A stretch of 64,000 bases of DNA from Candidatus Multivorans sp. (lineage in GTDB: Bacteria; Acidobacteriota; Thermoanaerobaculia; Multivoradales; Multivoraceae), in contig CBDCYE010000001.1 of the NCBI GenBank assembly GCA_965224025.1, positions 1-64,000 of the forward strand. The letters run 5' to 3'. This document shows positions 38,254 to 47,553 of the stretch, piece by piece. Positions within the stretch are counted from its first letter, which is position 1. Each line of letters begins with the position of its first letter. The notes beneath the pieces are model-generated. The model was not told the origin of the DNA. It did not search any database and was given only the letters and a program-made list of their open reading frames with translations. A program made the translations under genes and the position numbers.

Positions 38254-39849
38254 TTGAGTTCGACACCCGAGAATCCGCCGCGAGCCACCCCTGCGGAGGT
38301 CGCGCGGAGCGCAACGTATACGGAGGTTGCGCGGAGCGCAACGTCTACGGAGGTCGCCCGGAGCGCGACCTTGGTGGCGTCGTTGACGGAGGCACCGAGT
38401 GCGTCCGGCGACGAGTTGCGCGCGCTGTCGGAGCGCGCCGACTGTCTCGAGGTGCGTGCGGATCTGGTCGGCGAGATCGACGCCGACTGGCTGCGGGAGC
38501 GTTTCGCGGGCGAACTGCTGTACACCCTGCGCAGCGAGGCGGAGGGCGGCCGCGGACCGGTCGATGCGGGTCGGCGGGCGGAGCGGCTGGTTGCGGCCCG
38601 CGGGTACGACCTGGTCGATCTCGAGGCCGACCGCGATCTGGGCCGCGAGTTGCTCGCTTCGATCGAGCCTGTCAGGCGGCTGGTGTCCTGGCACGGCCGC
38701 GGCGCCAGTCTCAAGGCGCTGCGAGGCCGGCTCAGACAGATGTCGGGCGCGGAGGCCCGGCTCTACAAGCTCGTTACTGCCCCGAAGAGGTCCGGTGAGG
38801 AGTTGGCGCCGCTCGAACTGCTGCTCGACACCGGCCGGACGGATGTCGCCGCGTTCGGGGTGGGCGCCATCGGCGCCTGGACCCGGCAGGTGGCGCCGCG
38901 GCTCGGAGCGCCGTGGGTCTACGGCGCCGCGGGTGCGCTGGTTGCCGCCCCCGGTCAACCGTCCATCGAGCGGCTGCGGGCCGACTACGGCCTGCCGAAC
39001 CTGCCCCGCGTGTCGCGGCTGTTCGGCGTCGTCGGGCACCCGGCGGCGCACAGCCTGTCGCCACGGCTCCACAACGCCGGCTACCTCGACCGCGGTGAGG
39101 CCGCGCTCTACGTCGCCTTCGACGCGCCTTCCTTCGAGACGTTCTGGAGCGAAATCGCGCGGAGCGACTTCTTTGAGCGTGCGGGCATGCCCCTCGGCGG
39201 CCTGAGCGTCACCGCGCCGCACAAGGCCGCGGCTCTGGCCGCTGCCGCGGAGGCCGGCGACCTGGCGGGTCGAGCCGGGGGTGCGAACACCCTGATCCCG
39301 GGCCCGGGCGCCGCCGCCGACAGGCAATGGCGGGCAGAGAGCACGGACCCGGAGGGCGTCGTCGGTCCGCTGCGCCGGCACGGCGTCGAGCTTTCGGGCC
39401 GCACTGCCGTGGTCATCGGCGCCGGCGGCGCCGGCCGGGCCGCGGCGGCGGGCCTGACGGCCGCGGGCGCGGACATCGCGCTCACAAACCGCACCGTCTC
39501 CAGCGGCCAGGCAGCCGCGGAGTCGCTCGGCGTTGCCTTCGTTCCGCTCGACGAGCTGGCGCCCGGCGCGTTCGACGTGGTCGTCAACGCCACCTCGCTC
39601 GGCCACGATTCCGCGGACCCGCTTCCCTGCGATCCGAACGCGCTGCGAGCCTCGGCTGCCGCGGTGGATCTGGTCTACGGCGGCGGACCGACGCCCTGGA
39701 GCCGGTCCCTCGCAGCGCGCGGCGTTCGGGTCGTGGACGGCCGGGAAGTGTTGCTGCACCAGGGTCTGGCGCAGTTCGAGGCGATGACGGGAAAGCCGCT
39801 GCGGTTCGAGGTCGGCGCCGCGGCCCTGGGATTGGAGACGCCGCGATGA
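38254..39849 (+). CDS. aroDE: Bifunctional type I 3-dehydroquinate dehydratase / shikimate dehydrogenase (AroD-AroE)
   Basis: LEVRAD, YTLRS..EGG, VDLE, SWH, APGQ, then HSLSP, SVTAPHK, GAGGAGRA, VNATSLG and DLVY. Confidence 0.88.
   Translation: MSSTPENPPRATPAEVARSATYTEVARSATSTEVARSATLVASLTEAPSASGDELRALSERADCLEVRADLVGEIDADWLRERFAGELLYTLRSEAEGGRGPVDAGRRAERLVAARGYDLVDLEADRDLGRELLASIEPVRRLVSWHGRGASLKALRGRLRQMSGAEARLYKLVTAPKRSGEELAPLELLLDTGRTDVAAFGVGAIGAWTRQVAPRLGAPWVYGAAGALVAAPGQPSIERLRADYGLPNLPRVSRLFGVVGHPAAHSLSPRLHNAGYLDRGEAALYVAFDAPSFETFWSEIARSDFFERAGMPLGGLSVTAPHKAAALAAAAEAGDLAGRAGGANTLIPGPGAAADRQWRAESTDPEGVVGPLRRHGVELSGRTAVVIGAGGAGRAAAAGLTAAGADIALTNRTVSSGQAAAESLGVAFVPLDELAPGAFDVVVNATSLGHDSADPLPCDPNALRASAAAVDLVYGGGPTPWSRSLAARGVRVVDGREVLLHQGLAQFEAMTGKPLRFEVGAAALGLETPR
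38294..38370 (+). repeat. 27-bp coding tandem repeat x~3 (EVARSATx)
   Basis: CGGAGGTCGCGCGGAGCGCAACGTATA / CGGAGGTTGCGCGGAGCGCAACGTCTA / CGGAGGTCGCCCGGAGCGCGACC. Confidence 0.88.
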
Positions 39850-40859
39850 AGATCTCCGCCGGCCTGCCGACCGGAGTGTCGGCTGCCCTCTTCGACAGCG
39901 TGAAGCGGCGCCGCCGGCTGGAGGCGCGCCTGACGGCGCTGCTCGAGGAGCGCGGCTTCGGCGAGGTGTTGCTGCCCATCCTCGACTACTTCGAGCCTTA
40001 CCGGCCCCTGCTCCAGGGGCGCCGGCTGGAGCAGCTCTACCGGTTCGTCGACCGGGACGGTCAACTGCTCGTGCTGCGTGGCGACTTCACGCCGATGCTC
40101 GCGCGGTTGCTCGCCCCCCACCTGGACGACCTGGAACTGCCGCTGCGTCTCTACTACCGCGGCGACGTGGTGCGGCATCAGCCTCTACGTCCCGGCCGGA
40201 TGCGCGAGTACTCGCAGTTGGGCGCCGAGCTGCTGGGCGGCGACCGCACCGAGGCGGACGAGCGGACGCTGACCCTGTTCCTCGACCTGCTGCGTCAGGC
40301 CCGCGGCGACGCCCCTGGGAAGGTCTCGCCCGCATCCGGCGAAAGGAATGACGCCGCGCTCCGGGTCGTCCTCGGCGTCGCCGGTGCGCTCGACGAGCCC
40401 CTGCTCGCCGCGGCAGGAGATGGCGCCGCCGGTGAACTCGCTTTGCGGATAGCGAGCCGCGACCGGCAGGCCGCGCGCCGGGCCGGTCTCGCCGATGTCG
40501 TAGAGCGCGGCTATCCGGAAGACCTCTCCGTGCTCGGGGACGCCGCCGCTGCGGTGACTGAACTGCTCCTGCTCCGCGACCGGCTTTGTGCTGAGTACGG
40601 CGATCTCGGCATCGAGGTCGAGGTCGATCTCGCCGAGTTCGCCGCCGCCGCGCTCGACCCGAGGATCGGCGTTTCCGCGGGCCCGCGCGGCTACTACGAC
40701 GGCCTCATGTTCGCGGCCTACGCGCCGGGTACGGCCCTGGCCCTGGGTGTCGGCGGTCGGTACGACAGGGTGTTCCGGTCGCTCAGCGGCGACTGCTCGG
40801 CGGTCGGCTTCTCGTTCGGTCTCGACCTGTTGACCAAACTGGCGGAGGGCCCGGCATGA
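39846..40859 (+). CDS. hisZ: ATP phosphoribosyltransferase regulatory subunit
   Basis: LYRFVDRDG, LRGDFT, RLYYRGDV, REYSQLGAEL, YYDGLMF and GGRYD; adjacent to short-form hisG. Confidence 0.9.
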   Translation: MKISAGLPTGVSAALFDSVKRRRRLEARLTALLEERGFGEVLLPILDYFEPYRPLLQGRRLEQLYRFVDRDGQLLVLRGDFTPMLARLLAPHLDDLELPLRLYYRGDVVRHQPLRPGRMREYSQLGAELLGGDRTEADERTLTLFLDLLRQARGDAPGKVSPASGERNDAALRVVLGVAGALDEPLLAAAGDGAAGELALRIASRDRQAARRAGLADVVERGYPEDLSVLGDAAAAVTELLLLRDRLCAEYGDLGIEVEVDLAEFAAAALDPRIGVSAGPRGYYDGLMFAAYAPGTALALGVGGRYDRVFRSLSGDCSAVGFSFGLDLLTKLAEGPA

Positions 40860-41494
40860 TCACGTTCGGCCTGCCGAAGGGACGCAACCTCGGACCGGCG
40901 CGCGACGCGCTTGCCGCCGCGGGCATGGGTCTCACCGATCTCGATTCCTCCCGCCTGCGCCAACGCTTCGGAGGCGTTGGGGTGCTGGGGGTCGAGGTCG
41001 AGGTGCTGCTGCTCAAGGACTGGGACCTGCCGCTCTATGTCGAGCACGGGATCGTCGACTGCGCGATCATAGGCTCAGACGTGCTGGAGGAGACCCAGCC
41101 CGACGTTTTCCAGCCGCTGCGCCTCCAGGACGGCCGTAGCCGCCTGTCGTTGATTGCCGAGACGCCGGAACTGCCGCGGCGGAGCGGCCAGCTCCGCGCG
41201 GCGACCCGCTATCCGGCGTGGGCGGCGCGGCTTCTTGCCGCCCGCAAACTGCACGTCGAGGTGCTGAGCCTGACCAGCTCGATCGAACTCGGGCCGTTGC
41301 TCGACCTGACCGACATGGCGGTCGACATCGTGCAGACCGGCGCCACGCTCAGAACCCACGACCTGCACGAGGTCGAGGTGCTGGCCCAGGTGGCGCCGAC
41401 GTTCGTGGTCAACCGGGCTTCGTTCCACGCCCACCGGCGCCGGTTGAGCCGGCTGCTGGGCGCGCTCGAAGAATCGGGGGCCGCCGGTGACTGA
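40856..41494 (+). CDS. hisG: ATP phosphoribosyltransferase (short form)
   Basis: LPKGR, DLPLYVEHG, ATRYP, SIELGP and DIVQTGATL. Confidence 0.92.
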   Translation: MITFGLPKGRNLGPARDALAAAGMGLTDLDSSRLRQRFGGVGVLGVEVEVLLLKDWDLPLYVEHGIVDCAIIGSDVLEETQPDVFQPLRLQDGRSRLSLIAETPELPRRSGQLRAATRYPAWAARLLAARKLHVEVLSLTSSIELGPLLDLTDMAVDIVQTGATLRTHDLHEVEVLAQVAPTFVVNRASFHAHRRRLSRLLGALEESGAAGD

Positions 41495-42848
41495 GGTCCG
41501 TAGCGGGGGAGCGTTGCAGGTCCTGGCGGCGGACAGTCGTGCCGGGCGGGAGCGCCTGGAACTGCTCGACCGGCGGGGCCGGGGCGGTATCGCGGCCGAG
41601 ATCGGCCATGCCGCCGCGGAGATCATAGGCCGGGTCCGCAGCGGCGGCGACGCGGCCCTTCTCGAGGCCGTCCGCCGCTTCGACGGCTTCGACGCGCCGT
41701 CGGCCGGCGCCTTGCGGCTGGACGACGCCAGCCCGCATCCGGCTTCTGAACGCATCGACCCCAACGTACTCACCGCCATCGACCGCGCACGGGCCGCGAT
41801 CGAGGTCTACCACCGGGCACAGCCGCACGGTCCGGGTGTCCAGCGCCTGGAACGGGACGGCGTGTCGATCGAGGAGCGCCGGCTGCCGATCCGCCGGGTC
41901 GGGATCTACGTGCCGGGTGGGCGGTTCCCCTATTCCTCTACGGTGCTGATGACCGCGGTGCCGGCACGGCTGGCGGGCGTCGAGGAACTCGTCGTCGCCA
42001 CGCCGCCCCGGGCCTACCTCGAAAGTCCAGTGCTGCGGCACGTGCTGGACCTGGTCGAAGCGGACGAGATCTGGGGCATGGGCGGCGCGCACGGCGTCGC
42101 GGCCCTTGCCTACGGCACCGAGTCGGTCCGGGCGGTCGACCTGATCGCCGGGCCCGGGAACGCCTGGGTAGCGGCCGCGAAGCAGCACGTGGCGGGCGAC
42201 GTCGGCGTCGACCGCGCCGCGGGTCCGTCCGAGGTCGTCATCGTGCCGACCGACGGCGCTCCGGCCGGCTGGGTCGCGGCCGACCTGCTGGCGCAGGCGG
42301 AGCACGATCCCCTGGCGGTCGCGGTCCTGGTCACGGACTCCGCGGCGCTTGCCGATCGGGTTGCGTCGGAGGTGGACCGGCAGCTCTCGCTGCTGCCGAC
42401 CCGAGACACCGCCGCTGCCGCGCTCGAAGCGCACGGCGCGGCGTTCGTCGCGGACGACCTGGACGGTGCGCTCGCGCTGGCCGAACGGTTGGCGCCCGAG
42501 CATCTGCAACTGATCGGCGCCGCCGCGGAAGCGCGCGCGGACGAGATGCGCAATGCCGGCGCGGTGTTCGTGGGCGCTTCGTCGCCGGTGGTGTTCGGGG
42601 ACTACGTGGCCGGACCGAGCCACGTACTGCCCACGGGCGGCACCGCGCGCTTCGCCTCCGGTCTCGGGATAGAGGATTTCGTGCGGCGTAGTCACACGGT
42701 TCGGTTCTCCGATGAGGCCTCGAGGGCCTGGGCCGGCGCCGCCGAGACCCTGGCGGCTACCGAGGGCCTGGCGGCCCATGCCGCGGCGGCCAGGTTGCGC
42801 CTCGGTGGGGGAGTCGGTGGGCAAAACCGCCGGGAGGCCGAGCCATGA
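41487..42848 (+). CDS. hisD: Histidinol dehydrogenase
   Basis: GIYVPGG, AGPGN, AGPSE, QAEHD, APEHL and GPSHVLPT. Confidence 0.95.
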   Translation: MTEVRSGGALQVLAADSRAGRERLELLDRRGRGGIAAEIGHAAAEIIGRVRSGGDAALLEAVRRFDGFDAPSAGALRLDDASPHPASERIDPNVLTAIDRARAAIEVYHRAQPHGPGVQRLERDGVSIEERRLPIRRVGIYVPGGRFPYSSTVLMTAVPARLAGVEELVVATPPRAYLESPVLRHVLDLVEADEIWGMGGAHGVAALAYGTESVRAVDLIAGPGNAWVAAAKQHVAGDVGVDRAAGPSEVVIVPTDGAPAGWVAADLLAQAEHDPLAVAVLVTDSAALADRVASEVDRQLSLLPTRDTAAAALEAHGAAFVADDLDGALALAERLAPEHLQLIGAAAEARADEMRNAGAVFVGASSPVVFGDYVAGPSHVLPTGGTARFASGLGIEDFVRRSHTVRFSDEASRAWAGAAETLAATEGLAAHAAAARLRLGGGVGGQNRREAEP

Positions 42849-43930
42849 GTGCCTCCGCCCAGGGCGCCGGCGCCTTCGTCAGGCCCGAGTTCCGCCGCCT
42901 GTCCGCCTACTCGCTCGACCGGGTGACATACCGCTACCGGCTCGACCAGAACGAGGCGCCGTGGGATCTGCCGCGGGCGCTCAAGCGCGAGGCGCTGGCG
43001 CGTCTGGCCGAGCGCACCTGGGCCCACTACCCGGACTTCCACGCCGAGCGTCTGCGGCGTCTGCTCGGTGACCTCAACGACTGGCCGGCGGAGGGCGTGC
43101 TGGTCGGAAACGGTTCCGGCGAGCTGCTGACGACTGTGCTCGAAGGCGTCGTTCGCCCCGGCCAGGAGGTGCTCGCCTGCGAGCCGTGCTTCAGTCTCTA
43201 CGAGACCTTCGTCCGGCGCGCCGCGGGCGTGCCGCGGTTCCTCGAACCGGCGCCGGACCTGGCGCTGCAGACCGGCGAACTCCAGGCCGAGATCGGGCGC
43301 GACCCGAGGCGGCCGGTGATCCTGTGTACGCCGAACAACCCGACCGGCACGGCGGCGGATCCCGGCACGGTGGAGCGCCTTCTGGATGCGCTCGAGGCGC
43401 CGCTGCTGCTCGACAACGCGTACGGTGAGTTCTGCCGCCACGACTACCGGCCGCTGCTGCGCCGCCACTCGAACCTGATCGTGTTCCGGACCCTGTCCAA
43501 GGCCTGGTCCCTGGGCGGCATCCGCCTCGGCTACCTGCTGGCGGACTCGGAACTGGTGGCGGAGCTGATCAAGGTCAAGCTGCCCTACAACATCGGTCAA
43601 GCGGCGGCGGTGATCGGCGAAGTGGCCGTCGAACACGCCGACCGGCTTCTGCCGCGCGTCGCCCTGGTGCGGGCGCGCCGGGAGCAGTGGATGGTCATGC
43701 TGCGGGAGTTCGGCTTCGAGGTCCTCGACTCGGAGGCCAACTTCCTGCTCGCGCGCCATCCCCGCTGCGCCGGGATCCGCGACGGTCTTGCCGCCGGGGG
43801 TGTGCTGGTGCGCGACGTGAGCCGCTATCCGGGCCTGGCCAACTGCCTGAGGATCGGAATCGGCGGTGGTCCGGCGCTGCGCGCGACGCGACGCCTCCTG
43901 ACGGAGATGAACGTGGGAGAGATGCCATGA
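42845..43930 (+). CDS. hisC: Histidinol-phosphate aminotransferase
   Basis: LDQNE, GNGS, PNNPTG, DNAYGEF and RTLSKAW. Confidence 0.93.
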   Translation: MSASAQGAGAFVRPEFRRLSAYSLDRVTYRYRLDQNEAPWDLPRALKREALARLAERTWAHYPDFHAERLRRLLGDLNDWPAEGVLVGNGSGELLTTVLEGVVRPGQEVLACEPCFSLYETFVRRAAGVPRFLEPAPDLALQTGELQAEIGRDPRRPVILCTPNNPTGTAADPGTVERLLDALEAPLLLDNAYGEFCRHDYRPLLRRHSNLIVFRTLSKAWSLGGIRLGYLLADSELVAELIKVKLPYNIGQAAAVIGEVAVEHADRLLPRVALVRARREQWMVMLREFGFEVLDSEANFLLARHPRCAGIRDGLAAGGVLVRDVSRYPGLANCLRIGIGGGPALRATRRLLTEMNVGEMP

Positions 43931-44526
43931 GACGAGCGTCCATCGATCGCAAGACGTCCGAAACCCATGTCCGTGCCGACCTGTCGCTCGACGGCGGCGC
44001 TTGCCGGCTTGATGTGCCGAACGGTTTCTTCTCGCACATGCTGGACGCCCTGACGCGCCACGGCGGTCTGGGGCTCGATCTGGAAGCCCGGGGCGATACC
44101 GACATCGACCTCCACCACACGGTGGAGGACGTAGGGCTGGTGCTTGGCGACGCGCTGCGGGAGGCCCTCGGCGAGCGCGCCGGAGTGCGGCGCTTCGCCC
44201 ACGCTTTCGCACCGCTCGACGAGGCGCTGGCGCGCGCCGTCGTCGACCTCTCCGGCCGCGGTTCCTTCCACTTCCGGCTGCCCGCGGAACTGGAGCAGGC
44301 CTGGGTCACGACCGAGTTTCCGCTCACCCTGATGGGTGACTTTTTCGGCGCCTTCGCCGACCGCGGACGGCTGACGCTGCACCTGGATGTCCTTTGCGGC
44401 CGCAATCCGCACCATGTCGCGGAGGCGTCGTTCAAGGCGGTGGCTCTGGCGCTGCGTGACGCGGTGTCCCTGCGGACGGGAGGCGATGCCGAGGCGCCGA
44501 GCACGAAGGGCAGCCTGACGGCATGA
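43927..44526 (+). CDS. hisB: Imidazoleglycerol-phosphate dehydratase
   Basis: FFSHML, HHTVEDVG, PLDEAL, NPHHVAE and PSTKG. Confidence 0.95.
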   Translation: MRRASIDRKTSETHVRADLSLDGGACRLDVPNGFFSHMLDALTRHGGLGLDLEARGDTDIDLHHTVEDVGLVLGDALREALGERAGVRRFAHAFAPLDEALARAVVDLSGRGSFHFRLPAELEQAWVTTEFPLTLMGDFFGAFADRGRLTLHLDVLCGRNPHHVAEASFKAVALALRDAVSLRTGGDAEAPSTKGSLTA

Positions 44527-45209
44527 CCGGAGCGGCGAGCAAAGCCCCGGCGAGCAGCGCGACGGTGGTCGACGCCGGCGTCGGCAACATCGGCAACCTG
44601 GTGCGGGCGCTCCGCCACCTGAGGTCCGAGGTCGAGATCACCTGCGACCCGGCGGTGATTCGAGACTCTCGCTGCCTGGTGCTGCCGGGCGTCGGCGCCT
44701 TCAGGCCGCCGCGCGAGGTACTGCGCGGCGCGGCCGAAGAGGCGATCCGGACCGCGCTCGAAGGCGGCGCGTACCTGCTCGGCATCTGCATCGGCTACCA
44801 GCTCCTGTTCGACAGCAGCGAGGAGTTCGGGATGACGGACGGTCTCGGCTTGCTCGCGGGCCGCGTCACCGAGCTTCCGGGCGGCGTGCCCCTGCCGCAC
44901 ATCGGCTGGAACCGCGTCTTCGGCACAGCAGACCATCCCCTGCTCGCCGGCGCAGCCGAGGACGACCACTACTACTTCGTCCACTCCTTCGCGCCCCAGG
45001 ACGTGCCGGAGGAGTCCGTGCTGGGCCGCTGCCGGCACGGCCGCAGTTTCCCCGCGATCACGGGCCGCGGCCGCATCGCGGGTACCCAGTTTCATCCCGA
45101 GAAGAGCGGCGCCGCCGGCCTGCGGCTGCTGCGCAACTACCTGACCTGGGCCGAGGACCTGGCTCACGGGACAGAAGGAGGCGACGGTGCAACTGCTGCC
45201 GGCGATTGA
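44523..45209 (+). CDS. hisH: IGP synthase glutaminase subunit
   Basis: LPGVGAF, GICIG, PHIGWN, YFVHS and QFHPEKSG. Confidence 0.95.
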   Translation: MTGAASKAPASSATVVDAGVGNIGNLVRALRHLRSEVEITCDPAVIRDSRCLVLPGVGAFRPPREVLRGAAEEAIRTALEGGAYLLGICIGYQLLFDSSEEFGMTDGLGLLAGRVTELPGGVPLPHIGWNRVFGTADHPLLAGAAEDDHYYFVHSFAPQDVPEESVLGRCRHGRSFPAITGRGRIAGTQFHPEKSGAAGLRLLRNYLTWAEDLAHGTEGGDGATAAGD

Positions 45210-46008
45210 TCTGCGCGGCGGTCAGGTCGTGCGTCTCGAACGCGGCGACGACGGGCGGCGCACGGTCTACGACGCCGATCCCGGCAACGCGCTCCGCCGC
45301 TACCGCGAGGCCGGGGTGTCCCGCATCCACGTCGTCGACCTGGACGCGGCGTTCGGCGGCGTTCCCCAGCGCGAACTGGTCGGGGAACTGGCGCGGCAGG
45401 CAGCGCCCGGCGGCATCCAGCTCGGCGGCGGCCTGCGCGACCGCGAATCCGTCGAGTGGGCGTTCGCGGCGGGCTGCGAACGGGCGGTGGTGACCTCCCT
45501 GATCGTCCGCGACTTCGACGTGTTCGCCGGCCTCTGCCGCCACTACCCGGGGCGCATGGTGGCGGCGCTCGACATCGACCGTGGCGAAGTGCGGCTGGCG
45601 GGCTGGACCGAATCGGCCGACCGCTCGCCGGCGACGCTGTGCGGGCAACTCGCCGGTCTGCCGATCGCGGCGGTGCTGGTCACCGACATCTCGCGCGACG
45701 GGATGATGCAGGGTCCCAACATCGACCTGGCCTGCGAGATCGGTGTCATGGCCGGCGCGCCGGCGATCCTCTCGGGCGGCGTCCGCTCGGCCGCCGATCT
45801 GGAAGCCGCGGCCCGGCGGCCCGAACTCGAAGCCGCAATCGTCGGCCGCGCCCTCTACGACGGCTCGCTCGGCCTGGAAGAGGCAATCACCGCCTGCGCC
45901 GGTTCGGCGGACGCCGGCGGGGTCGCCGGCGCACCAGGCGGACCGGACGGTGCCTCGCTTCGCCCTGGGAACGCGGGCATCCTGCCCGCTTCCGGGAGAA
46001 CGCCGTGA
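45187..46008 (+). CDS. hisA: ProFAR isomerase
   Basis: PAIDL..GQVVRL, HVVDLD, GGGLR, TDISRDG and SGGV. The C-terminal tail is repeat-derived. Confidence 0.93.
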   Translation: MQLLPAIDLRGGQVVRLERGDDGRRTVYDADPGNALRRYREAGVSRIHVVDLDAAFGGVPQRELVGELARQAAPGGIQLGGGLRDRESVEWAFAAGCERAVVTSLIVRDFDVFAGLCRHYPGRMVAALDIDRGEVRLAGWTESADRSPATLCGQLAGLPIAAVLVTDISRDGMMQGPNIDLACEIGVMAGAPAILSGGVRSAADLEAAARRPELEAAIVGRALYDGSLGLEEAITACAGSADAGGVAGAPGGPDGASLRPGNAGILPASGRTP

Positions 46009-46796
46009 GAGCCACCATCGAGCCGACCGGCCTCACCCGCCGCATCATCCCCTGTCTGGACGTGGCTGCCGGGCGGGTGGTCAAGGGCGTCCAGTTCAAG
46101 AACCTGACCGATCACGGCGACCCGACCGAGGCCGCGGCCCGATACGCCGCCGAGGGCGCCGACGAGATCGTGTTCCTCGACATCACCGCCGCGCCCGAGC
46201 GCCGCGACACGGACCTCGACTGGGTGCGCCGAACCGCCGAGCAGGTGTTCATTCCGCTCAGTGTCGGCGGTGGCGTGCGTAGCACAGGCGACGGCCGCAA
46301 GTTGCTGCTAGCCGGCGCCGACAAGCTGGGGATCAACACCGCCGCGGTCGCCGAGCCCGAGCTGCTGACGCGTCTCGCCGAGCGCTTCGGGAGCCAGTGC
46401 GTCGTGCTCTCGGTCGACGTCAAGCGGCGGCGTGAAGAGGGAGCGGGCGGCCCGCGCTGGGAGGTCGTCACCCACGGCGGCCGCACGCCGACCGGGCTCG
46501 ACGCGCTGGAGTGGATCGAGAAGGGAATCGAACGGGGCGCCGGCGAGATCCTGCTCACCAGCATCGACAGCGACGGCATGAAGAGCGGCTACGACCTGGA
46601 ACTGCTGCGGCGGGCGTCGGCGCTGTCGCCGGTGCCGGTCATCGCCTCCGGCGGCGCCGGCACCCTGGAGCACCTGGCCGAGGCCCTGGAAACCGAGGCC
46701 GCGGCCGTGCTCGCCGCGTCGATCTTCCACCAAAAGGCGTTCTCGGTAGGCGCGGTCAAGGAGTACCTCGGCCGCCGCTATCCGATCCGTATGTGA
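46005..46796 (+). CDS. hisF: IGP synthase cyclase subunit
   Basis: [31 protein letters not shown] and ASGGAG. Confidence 0.96.
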   Translation: MRATIEPTGLTRRIIPCLDVAAGRVVKGVQFKNLTDHGDPTEAAARYAAEGADEIVFLDITAAPERRDTDLDWVRRTAEQVFIPLSVGGGVRSTGDGRKLLLAGADKLGINTAAVAEPELLTRLAERFGSQCVVLSVDVKRRREEGAGGPRWEVVTHGGRTPTGLDALEWIEKGIERGAGEILLTSIDSDGMKSGYDLELLRRASALSPVPVIASGGAGTLEHLAEALETEAAAVLAASIFHQKAFSVGAVKEYLGRRYPIRM

Positions 46797-46881
46797 TGAG
46801 GAATCGAGGAGACGCCACTGGGTACGCCGGCGCCCTCGCCGGCATCCGGGCTGAGACGGCATAGCAATCAACCGACAAACG

Positions 46882-47553
46882 ATGACGAAGGACAAACAGA
46901 TGACATCCCCAGCCATCGACCCCGCGGCGCTCACCTACGACGACCGGGGCCTGCTGCCGGTCGTGGTCCAGGACGTGCTCTCGGGCGCGGTGCTGATGCT
47001 CGCCTACGCCAACCGGGAGGCGGTGGAACTCACGCTCGCCACCGGCGAGGCCCACTTCTACAGCCGCTCGCGGCAGCAGTTGTGGCGCAAGGGAGCGACC
47101 TCGGGCAACACACTGGCGGTGGTCGAAGTGCTCCAGGACTGCGACCGGGACGCGCTCCTGGTGCGGGCGCTGCCGGCCGGTCCGGCCTGCCACAACAACA
47201 CGAGGAGCTGCTTCGAGCCGAACGCCGCCGAGTTCGAGCTCGGCTGGCTGGCGCGTGTGCTCGCCGAGCGGGCGTCGGCGTCGCCGGAGGAGAGCTACAC
47301 CGCCCGTCTCCTCGACCAGGGAGTCGACCGCATCGCGCGCAAGGTCGCGGAGGAGGCGGGCGAGACCGTGATCGCCGGCGTCCGGGCCGACGCGGAGCCC
47401 GAGTCGGCGGAGCGGCGCGCCGATCTCGCGGCCGAGGCAGCCGATCTCACCTACCACCTGCTGGTGCTGCTGCAGGCGACCGGCGTCGGGATCGCCGGCG
47501 TGGCCGCCGAGTTGGGCCGCCGCCATCAGCAAGCCGGGGGAACGCAGCCATGA
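46882..47553 (+). CDS. hisIE: Bifunctional PR-AMP cyclohydrolase / PR-ATP pyrophosphatase
   Basis: YSRSR, WRKGATSG, DCDRD, GPACH, SYT, KVAEE and ADLTYH. Confidence 0.95.
   Translation: MTKDKQMTSPAIDPAALTYDDRGLLPVVVQDVLSGAVLMLAYANREAVELTLATGEAHFYSRSRQQLWRKGATSGNTLAVVEVLQDCDRDALLVRALPAGPACHNNTRSCFEPNAAEFELGWLARVLAERASASPEESYTARLLDQGVDRIARKVAEEAGETVIAGVRADAEPESAERRADLAAEAADLTYHLLVLLQATGVGIAGVAAELGRRHQQAGGTQP

Noticed and set aside
38222-38256. Intrinsic terminator at the operon leader
   Set aside because: No U-tract follows and the 3' arm is the RBS, so it was reinterpreted as a translational sequestrator.
45187-46008. Bifunctional PriA (HisA/TrpF)
   Set aside because: A separate trpF is present in the operon and no diagnostic evidence for bifunctionality is visible.
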